From positions 23,061 through 87,060 of the forward strand of contig DDWM01000047.1 of NCBI GenBank assembly GCA_002345925.1: a stretch of DNA of 64,000 bases, written 5' to 3'. Position 1 is the first letter of the stretch. Every line of letters starts with the position of its first letter. The translations under genes were made by a program, and so were the position numbers. The notes beneath the pieces were generated by a model that was not told the origin of the DNA, did not search any database, and was given only the letters and a program-made list of their open reading frames with translations. Shown one piece after another: positions 57,125 to 64,000 of this stretch. The DNA is from Actinobacteria bacterium UBA2286 (GTDB taxonomy: Bacteria > Actinomycetota > Coriobacteriia > Anaerosomatales > Anaerosomataceae).

Positions 57125-57156
57125 ACACTCTCTATCGCGAGGTGCGCAGGTTCTAG
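57124..57156. repeat. 33-bp direct repeat copy 2 (orphan mqnC 3' end)
   Basis: GAC ACT CTC TAT CGC GAG GTG CGC AGG TTC TAG. It starts on the last base of the beta-helix gene stop codon. Confidence 0.85.
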
Positions 57157-57259
57157 GATTTGCAGCCCGAACCCGAACACCCATCATTTCTCCCCGATAA
57201 CAGCTCCCCGACCGCCCGGAACGGGTACCCTAGGGTTGGACAAACAAAGGGAGTTGAAC

Positions 57260-58534
57260 ATGGAATCTAAGACAGCCAGCGCGTGCACCCAGCCAAGTAC
57301 CAAGCGGCGCGTCGTCATCGCCGGCGGAGGCTATGCCGGTACAACGCTCGCAGTCCGCCTCGGCAAAGCACTACGTGAAGCCGACGATGTCGAAATCCTG
57401 CTCATAGAGCCGAATCCTTGTCAGCAAGCGCTCTCCGAGCTTGACCTTGTGGCTGTTGGCCCCGCCCGCGCCGAATTCTGCGAGTTGTGGCTGCCGACGC
57501 TCTTCAAGGACCTACCTGTGACCGTCTGTTACAACAGGGTTCACGAGGTCAAGCCGAACGATCACGTGCTTACCGTCGGGCCGCGCAACGGCCCGCATGA
57601 GGATGTACCGTACTGGCGTCTCGTGCTCGCCACAGGCGCAATCGCCTTCGTACCGCCCGTTCCGGGACTGGCCGAGCATGCTGTCACCATGTGGTCTGTC
57701 GCAGACGCTCAGGAGCTGCAGCGCCGGATTGAGGCGCAATTCCGTGCGGCGGCGATGATCGCGGACCGTGACGCACGGGTGAAGGCTCTGTCGTTCGTGG
57801 TCATCGGCGGCGGTGCTACCGGCATCGAGATCGTTGGCACCCTCGGCCAGATGCTGCCGAAGCGCATGCTCGACGCGGGTCTCGACCCGGCCGACCTGCG
57901 AATCAGCGTCATCGAAGGTCGCCCTGATGTCCTCTACGACCTCTCAGACACACTGCGCAAGCGTGCCCACAAGCGTCTGGAGCACCTTGGCATCAAGCTC
58001 TACACCGGCTCGATGGTATCGGCGGTCGAAGCGGGACTCGTGCGTCTTGCGGACGGCACCGAGGTTAACGCGAGCGTGCTCGTGTTCTGCGGTGGCGCCA
58101 AGGCCGACCCGGACGCGATTTCCTGGAGCATGGAGGCTGACCCCTCCGGCAGGCTCGTGGTAGATGCGATGTGCCGGGCAGTGGGACACGAGGATATCTA
58201 CGCGACGGGCGACGTAGCCGCATTCCGCGACCCGAAGAACGGTCGCACTCTCCCGATGTTGGCCCAGTTTGCCATCAGGGAATCCGAGCACACTGCGGAC
58301 AACATACTGCGCGAGGCGCGAGGCCAGGCGCTCACCCCGTTCATACCGAATATGCACGGTGAGTTCGTCAGTATCGGGCCGAGCTACGGTGTCGGATGGG
58401 CTTTCAAGATCAACCTGGTTGGGCTTCCGGCCATCGTCATGAAGCGACTGACGTACTTGATGTACTGGTTCTCGGTGGGTGGCATCAAGCTCACCTGGAA
58501 GCGCACCAAAGAGATGCTCTCTATGCAGCGCTAG
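57260..58534 (+). CDS. ndh: type II NADH:quinone oxidoreductase (NDH-2 family)
   Basis: It has two dinucleotide folds (VVIAGGGYAGT, FVVIGGGATGIE). The ATG at 57260 has GGGAG 6 nt upstream. Confidence 0.85.
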   Translation: MESKTASACTQPSTKRRVVIAGGGYAGTTLAVRLGKALREADDVEILLIEPNPCQQALSELDLVAVGPARAEFCELWLPTLFKDLPVTVCYNRVHEVKPNDHVLTVGPRNGPHEDVPYWRLVLATGAIAFVPPVPGLAEHAVTMWSVADAQELQRRIEAQFRAAAMIADRDARVKALSFVVIGGGATGIEIVGTLGQMLPKRMLDAGLDPADLRISVIEGRPDVLYDLSDTLRKRAHKRLEHLGIKLYTGSMVSAVEAGLVRLADGTEVNASVLVFCGGAKADPDAISWSMEADPSGRLVVDAMCRAVGHEDIYATGDVAAFRDPKNGRTLPMLAQFAIRESEHTADNILREARGQALTPFIPNMHGEFVSIGPSYGVGWAFKINLVGLPAIVMKRLTYLMYWFSVGGIKLTWKRTKEMLSMQR

Positions 58535-58582
58535 CGCGCATCATGTCACAGAGGTCGGGTACCCTGTAGCCAAGGAGGAACC

Positions 58583-59425
58583 ATGACGACAACAGGAGTG
58601 CCCCGCGCCGAGTTCGGCGTTTGCGGCGGCAGCGGAACGCTATCATTCGCATTCCCGGCAGGGCTGGAAGACGATCGGGTTGAAGTGCTGGCCGAGGACC
58701 TGTTCTTCGACACGCCGTTTGGACGCTCGCCGTCATTCACGCACTTTCGCGTGACCGGCACGAGCGGCGCGCGCGAGGCGCTCGCCGTGAAGATGCACGG
58801 TTGGCGGCGCGGAGTGAAGCGGGCGGATGCCAGCCTGCAGACGTTCTGGGTCTTCCACGAGGCCGGCGTTCGCAAGGTGCTTGCCGACGGAGGCGTGGGC
58901 TCACTGAACCATCTGCTGGACCCGCGAGACGTATTAGTGCCAACCGACTTCGTAGATCTCACAATGAAGCAAGACATCTACGTCCGAGGCGATCACCTAC
59001 TGATCATGCGTCAGCCGATCTGTCCGGATCTTCATGGCCACCTATTCTCCTCGGCAAGTGAGCGCTTCGCGCGCGTCTTCCGACGCGGCTCATATCTGGT
59101 GACTGACGGTCCAAGATTCGAGACACCGGCCGAAGTCGACTATATGAAGCGACTTGGCGCGGATGTGATCGGGCAGTCGCTCTCACCCGAGGTCTTCCTC
59201 GCACGCGACATAGGTGCCTGCTACGCCGGCATCTACATGGTTGTGAACTACGGCGAGGGCGTCGTGAAGGAGTGGGAACACAAGGAGCTCAAGGCTATCT
59301 TCTTCGAGGAAGCGGCCAACGTCGCCAGGTGTGTTGTTGATGCAATCGCAGACGCCGACCTTGATGCCGCATGCGGCTGCATGGATATGCGTAAGCCGAG
59401 CCTACTGAACCTACCGCAGGAGTGA
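58583..59425 (+). CDS. purine nucleoside phosphorylase family, MTA/MTI (5'-deoxy-nucleoside) phosphorylase-like
   Basis: 280 aa. GPRFETPAEVDYMKRLGADVIGQSLSPEV and the overall MtnP-like layout are present. AAGGAGG SD. Confidence 0.75.
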   Translation: MTTTGVPRAEFGVCGGSGTLSFAFPAGLEDDRVEVLAEDLFFDTPFGRSPSFTHFRVTGTSGAREALAVKMHGWRRGVKRADASLQTFWVFHEAGVRKVLADGGVGSLNHLLDPRDVLVPTDFVDLTMKQDIYVRGDHLLIMRQPICPDLHGHLFSSASERFARVFRRGSYLVTDGPRFETPAEVDYMKRLGADVIGQSLSPEVFLARDIGACYAGIYMVVNYGEGVVKEWEHKELKAIFFEEAANVARCVVDAIADADLDAACGCMDMRKPSLLNLPQE

Positions 59426-59429
59426 GCGC

Positions 59430-60728
59430 ATGATCGTCAGCGGCGAATGGCTGCTACCGGTCGTGGGCGATCCGATTCGGCGCGGGGCAGTGCGAATCAC
59501 CGGGTCGCGAATCAGCGAGATCGGCACTTTCGAGGCTCTGAGGCGCGCGTATCCGAAAGAAGCGACGCACGACCATCCCGGATGCGTCATCACACCTGGT
59601 CTCGTAAACGGGCACACGCACTTGTCCCTTTCGTCCATGCTCGGGCTGTTGCCGCCCGGAGAGTTCTCGACCTGGATAGCCAAGGTGGCCCCGGCAGTAC
59701 AGGCGCTTGACCACGACGATTTCGCGGATGCCGCCGCTTACGGCGCGCTAGAGTGTCTTCGCTCGGGCGTTACGGCCGTCGGCGACATCGCATACGGCCC
59801 CGAGGCTCCGGCCGCGGCGGCTGACACCGGAATCGGTGGGGTCTTCTTCTGGGAAATTCTTGGCATGACAGCCGAGCAGCTTCCTGAAGCGCTGGCGTCA
59901 CGCGACTTCCCGACCGAGAACATGTCTTGCGGCGGCCGAACTCTCTGCGGCATAAGCCCGCACACGCCTTACACCGCAGGACCAGGGTTGATTCGGGCGG
60001 CATACGACTACGCAAGCGAACACGGCTACGCGTTTGCGATCCATGCTGCCGAATCAACCGCCGAGGCAAGGCTTCTCATGGCCGGAGAGGGGCCGCTCAG
60101 ACAGTCGGCAGGACGACTCGCACCTGACTTCGTCGCCCCTGGTATGGGGACGGTGCGGTACCTCGAACACCTCGGGGCGCTCCGTGACACTATTGCGGTG
60201 CACTGCGTCCAGCTCATGTCCGGCGAGCCGGAGCTGCTCGCCGCGCACGCACGAGGCGCTGTACTGTGCCCCCGCTCAAATCGCTACCTCCTGAATGGTA
60301 AGCCGCCGGTAGCCGCGCTCGTGCGAGCTGGCGTCCGCCTCGGACTAGGAACCGATTCACTTGCGAGCAACGAGACTCTAGACCTCTTTGAGGAGGCCAG
60401 AGAGCTTCTCGCTATCGATCCCGGTCTCTCAGCGTCCAGAGTGCTCGCCATCATGACGCTTGAAGGCGCGCAGGTCCTCGGCATCGACCGGGACTACGGT
60501 TCGTTTGAAAGCGGCAAGTACGCCGATATCATCGCGGTGGAAATCGGCGATACGAACGACCCGGCTTCAGCATTCATACGCGAGGGCTCGCCCGCGCGAG
60601 TGCGCTCGGTCATCACCGGTGGAGTCTGGCGTCTCATAGACGGCCGCATGGCGTTCCTCACAAAAGACATCGAACACAGAAGCGCCCGGGTCACCGAAAA
60701 GGCAGCCCGGGCGCTCCGTACAAGTTAG
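59430..60728 (+). CDS. amidohydrolase-superfamily nucleoside deaminase (MtaD/DadD/aminofutalosine deaminase-like)
   Basis: The metal ligands are in PGLVNGHTHL. HAAES and GTDS motifs are typical of the MTA/SAH/AFL deaminase subgroup. Confidence 0.75.
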   Translation: MIVSGEWLLPVVGDPIRRGAVRITGSRISEIGTFEALRRAYPKEATHDHPGCVITPGLVNGHTHLSLSSMLGLLPPGEFSTWIAKVAPAVQALDHDDFADAAAYGALECLRSGVTAVGDIAYGPEAPAAAADTGIGGVFFWEILGMTAEQLPEALASRDFPTENMSCGGRTLCGISPHTPYTAGPGLIRAAYDYASEHGYAFAIHAAESTAEARLLMAGEGPLRQSAGRLAPDFVAPGMGTVRYLEHLGALRDTIAVHCVQLMSGEPELLAAHARGAVLCPRSNRYLLNGKPPVAALVRAGVRLGLGTDSLASNETLDLFEEARELLAIDPGLSASRVLAIMTLEGAQVLGIDRDYGSFESGKYADIIAVEIGDTNDPASAFIREGSPARVRSVITGGVWRLIDGRMAFLTKDIEHRSARVTEKAARALRTS

Positions 60729-60736
60729 TTCGGTTT

Positions 60737-61444
60737 CTACGACTCGCCGAGGTACGTCTTCCGGACCTGCTCGTTGTGGAGCAGCTCTTTCCCGGGACCC
60801 TCGAGTGCGATCGAACCAACCTCGAGCACATAGCCGCGATGCGCTACAGAGAGCGCCATGGCGGCGTTCTGCTCGACCAGGAGGATGGTGATGCCCTCTT
60901 TGTTGAGCTTCTCGATGATCCCAAAGATGGTCTCAACGATGACCGGAGCCAGACCCATCGAAGGCTCATCAAGCATGAGCAACTTCGGGCGAGCCATGAT
61001 GGCGCGACCCATGGCAAGCATCTGCTGCTCGCCACCGGACAGCGTGCCGCCCTTCTGAGAGAGGCGTTCTTTGAGGCGTGGGAACAGTGTGAACACCTGC
61101 TCGGTGTCCTCTTTGATACCGTCGACGTCCTTGCGAAGGAATGCGCCCATCTCAAGGTTCTCGGCAACGGTCATTCGAGGAAATATGTGCCGTCCCTCTG
61201 GTACCTGAATGATGCCCTTGGCCGTGACCTTGTGAGGGAGCATGCCTGAGACGACTTCCCCGTTGAGGGTAACCGAGCCCTCAGTGGGCGTAAGCTGACC
61301 TGAGATGGTCTTGAGAGTCGTCGACTTTCCGGCACCGTTCGCGCCGATGAGCGTGACGATCTCGCCCTCATTCACCTCGAGGCTGATGCCCTTGAGCGCC
61401 TCGATCTGGCCATAATGCGTGTGGAGGTTCTCGACCTTAAGCAC
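60737..61444 (-). CDS. livF: branched-chain amino acid ABC transporter ATP-binding protein
   Basis: Walker A is GANGAGKST and the signature is LSGGEQQML. LivF-type, 235 aa. Confidence 0.9.
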   Translation of the reverse strand: MLKVENLHTHYGQIEALKGISLEVNEGEIVTLIGANGAGKSTTLKTISGQLTPTEGSVTLNGEVVSGMLPHKVTAKGIIQVPEGRHIFPRMTVAENLEMGAFLRKDVDGIKEDTEQVFTLFPRLKERLSQKGGTLSGGEQQMLAMGRAIMARPKLLMLDEPSMGLAPVIVETIFGIIEKLNKEGITILLVEQNAAMALSVAHRGYVLEVGSIALEGPGKELLHNEQVRKTYLGES

Positions 61445-61458
61445 TTCGAAATCCTTCC

Positions 61459-62241
61459 TTATGCCTGAGCCAGCATGGCCTCGGCACCTTTGCCGAGATA
61501 TGCTTCGATGACTTTCGGATGCCGTTGGATCTCTGCGGGCAGGCCCTCGGCAATCAGCTCACCGAAGTCGAGCACGTAGATGCGATCCGCAATATCCATG
61601 ACGACTTTCATGTCGTGCTCGATCAGCAAGACCGTTACACCAGTCTCGCGAATCTTGCGCACAAGCTGGGTAAGCCGCGCGCTTTCCTGCGGGTTCATGC
61701 CTGCTGCCGGCTCGTCGAGCAAGATGAGCTTGGGCTCGGTTGCGAGCGCGCGGGCGATCTCCAAACGGCGCTGGGCACCATAAGGGAGGTTCTTAGCCAG
61801 CTCGTTCGCCTTGTCGACCAGACCAACGAACCGCAAGCGATTCAGGGCCTCGTCGATGGTGTGCTGTTCTTCACGCTTGAACCTCGGGGTGCGAAGAACC
61901 GCGCCGAGCGGACCGTTGTTGGTCCGGATATGGCGGCCCACCATGACGTTCTCAAGCGTCGTCATGTTCGCGAACAACCTGATGTTCTGGAACGTCCGGG
62001 CAATACCCATCGCACAGATCTGATGGGCCTTCTTGCCTGCCACGGGAGTACCCTGGAAGAGCAGCTCGCCCTCTGTGGGCTTGTAGATGCCCGTGAGCAA
62101 GTTGAAGAACGTCGTCTTGCCCGCACCGTTAGGGCCGATGAGGGCGACTATCTCCCCTTCATCGATATGCATCTCGAGACCGCTCAGCGCCTTGAGGCCA
62201 CCGAACGCCATCGTTATGTTCTTTGCTTCTACAAGAGCCAT
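61459..62241 (-). CDS. livG: branched-chain amino acid ABC transporter ATP-binding protein
   Basis: GPNGAGKTTFFN and LPYGAQRRLEIARAL motifs are present. The start is at the ATG at 62241. Confidence 0.9.
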   Translation of the reverse strand: MALVEAKNITMAFGGLKALSGLEMHIDEGEIVALIGPNGAGKTTFFNLLTGIYKPTEGELLFQGTPVAGKKAHQICAMGIARTFQNIRLFANMTTLENVMVGRHIRTNNGPLGAVLRTPRFKREEQHTIDEALNRLRFVGLVDKANELAKNLPYGAQRRLEIARALATEPKLILLDEPAAGMNPQESARLTQLVRKIRETGVTVLLIEHDMKVVMDIADRIYVLDFGELIAEGLPAEIQRHPKVIEAYLGKGAEAMLAQA

Positions 62242-62270
62242 GGTTCTCAAGCCTTCCTTGCTACGGGACC

Positions 62271-63479
62271 CTACAGGTCGTGGTCGGCCGTGTCGGTCTT
62301 GTTTTGGGCCTCCCACAGCGACTGGCTCTCCTCGTCACGGATCTTCGCATCATCTGGATGGAGTTCCATGGCGCGACGTGCCGAGGGCCAAATGCCCTGT
62401 GGTCGCACCGCCATCATGATGACCATCACCAGACCGAAGACCAGGTAGCGGTAGTTACTGACGAGCGACGCCTGCCCGGGGTCGAGCGGCAGGATGCCGG
62501 ACTGCGCCAGGCCACGAATCAGCTCCGGGATACCCTGGATGATGATCGCACCGATGATTGCGCCGGGAATCGAGCCCATACCGCCGAGAACAACGATGCA
62601 GACAACGAACACCGACTCCATGAACGTGAAGGATTCAGGGCTGACGAACTGCTGGAAGTTGGCGAATGTGAGACCAGCAACACCACCCCACACAGCTCCG
62701 AGCGAGAACGCCCACAGCTTGGCGCTGGTGATGTTGATGCCCACAGAAGCCGCCGCAACCTCGTCCTCACGCATCGCGGTCCACGAACGACCCAGGCGCG
62801 AGTCATCCAGACGGCGAACGACGAAGATCGTTAGCAGACAGAGCAACACCGCAATGAAGTACCAGTACAAGTTGTTAGAGAACCGGAAGTTGAAGTTCTC
62901 ACCGATACTGAAGACGGCGTTGTCCCGAAGCCAGACGAGACCGGCCGGGTCAGGAATGAACTGACCTGCGCGGGGCAGACCCGCTGCACCGTTCGTGAGT
63001 CCGAACACATCGTTCGTGATCAGGATTCGCACGATCTCACCAAAACCGAGCGTCACGATAGCGAGGTAGTCACCGCGAAGCCGGAGGACCGGCGTACCCA
63101 AAGCTATGCCCGTAGCCGCCGCAGCCAGCGCTGCGACAGGCAGTGCGGCGAAGTACACGTACGGTCCAAAGGACTCGCCGAACAACTTGAGCATCACGTC
63201 GCCAACGAGCACGCCGACATAGGCACCCATCGCGTAAAACGCGATGTATCCCAGGTCGAGCAGTCCCGCAAAGCCGACCACGATGTTCAGACCGAGCGCC
63301 AGCATGACGTACAGGCCGACGACGCCCATGATGCGTACCAAGAAGAGCTGGCCGATTCCCTGGAAGAAGATCGGAACGAACACCACGAGTGCCGCGATGA
63401 TCATGTAGATGATCTTCTGCTTGGTCGTCAACTTGCGTCCACTGACGATTGTTTTGATATCCACTTTACTTCCGCCCAT
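62271..63479 (-). CDS. livM: branched-chain amino acid ABC transporter permease
   Basis: 402 aa, polytopic, with a LivM-type C-terminal extension. Confidence 0.88.
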   Translation of the reverse strand: MGGSKVDIKTIVSGRKLTTKQKIIYMIIAALVVFVPIFFQGIGQLFLVRIMGVVGLYVMLALGLNIVVGFAGLLDLGYIAFYAMGAYVGVLVGDVMLKLFGESFGPYVYFAALPVAALAAAATGIALGTPVLRLRGDYLAIVTLGFGEIVRILITNDVFGLTNGAAGLPRAGQFIPDPAGLVWLRDNAVFSIGENFNFRFSNNLYWYFIAVLLCLLTIFVVRRLDDSRLGRSWTAMREDEVAAASVGINITSAKLWAFSLGAVWGGVAGLTFANFQQFVSPESFTFMESVFVVCIVVLGGMGSIPGAIIGAIIIQGIPELIRGLAQSGILPLDPGQASLVSNYRYLVFGLVMVIMMAVRPQGIWPSARRAMELHPDDAKIRDEESQSLWEAQNKTDTADHDL

Positions 63480-63482
63480 GGT

Positions 63483-64000
63483 TTACACCTTCTCCACGAC
63501 GGACTCGCCGAGCAAACCGCCCGGCCGGAAGATCAGGACGAGGATGAGGATGGCAAAAGCCACAACATCCTTGTAGCCGGCGCTCAGGAAGCCGGCAGCC
63601 AGGGACTCGAGAATCCCGAGAACGAAGCCGCCGAGCATAGCGCCACGAAGGTTGCCGATACCGCCAATAACCGCTGCGGTGAAAGACTTGATACCGGGCA
63701 GAAAGCCCATGTCGAACTTCACGGAACCGTAGTACATGCCGTGGAAGACGCCAGCGATACCACCAAGCGCGGGGCCGATGAAGAATGCCAGCGCGATGAC
63801 CTGGTTGATATCGATGCCCATGAGGCCAGCTGCCTCACGGTCCTGCGAAGTTGCCCGCATGGCCTTACCGATTCTCGTCTTGGACACAAATGTGTCGAGA
63901 ACTGCCAGTAGCAGGAGAGTAGTCACAAGGATGAGGATCTGTAGTGAGTTCACCGTGACGCCACCGGCGTCGATCACGGTCACGACTGGCATGACCGAGG
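63483..64000 (-). CDS. livH: branched-chain amino acid ABC transporter permease, C-terminal part (gene continues beyond the window end)
   Basis: It has a LivH-type sequence to the stop at 63483. The frame is still open at 64000, so the ATG at 63992 is probably internal. Confidence 0.85.
   Translation of the reverse strand, partial: SVMPVVTVIDAGGVTVNSLQILILVTTLLLLAVLDTFVSKTRIGKAMRATSQDREAAGLMGIDINQVIALAFFIGPALGGIAGVFHGMYYGSVKFDMGFLPGIKSFTAAVIGGIGNLRGAMLGGFVLGILESLAAGFLSAGYKDVVAFAILILVLIFRPGGLLGESVVEKV

Overview
This is a high-GC (roughly 62-64% by eye) bacterial chromosomal segment. The gene content suggests an anaerobic, monoderm, actinobacterium-like organism, which is inference only. I support about 60 protein genes and found no rRNA, tRNA or CRISPR array. 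Most genes lie on the minus strand in very tightly packed operons. In window order these are: a multihaem cytochrome c / cytochrome b operon; an RDD + SpoIIM-like pair; a membrane-DUF4129-DUF4350-MoxR-DUF58 operon; birA, dedA, nadCBA and panCB; folE-folP-folK; a Tad/Flp pilus locus with a GAF-kinase/LuxR pair; a PadR-DUF5320-NifX-like(x2)-ferredoxin-MinD ATPase(x2) operon of unknown function; ftsH-hpt-tilS; an OpuC-type betaine ABC transporter; futalosine-pathway genes mqnE-mqnA-mqnC with ndh, an MTA/MTI-phosphorylase-like gene and a deaminase; and livHMGF. There are three pieces of accessory DNA. (1) A ~6.5 kb islet lies between panB and folK. It carries an AbiE-like module, two RHH/PIN toxin-antitoxin pairs, a DUF4143 ATPase and a homopolymer-frameshifted gene. 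Its first 2.4 kb is bracketed by 130-bp direct repeats that duplicate the panB 5' end and leader. (2) A vapBC pair is inserted in the MoxR neighbourhood. (3) A secreted beta-helix repeat protein gene is bracketed by an in-frame 33-bp duplication of the mqnC 3' end. The best candidates for unexplored biology are the COG1149/NifX-like/DUF5320 operon, the MoxR-DUF58-DUF4350-DUF4129 cluster, and the two repeat-bracketed insertions. All family names are from my own reading of motifs; no searches were run.
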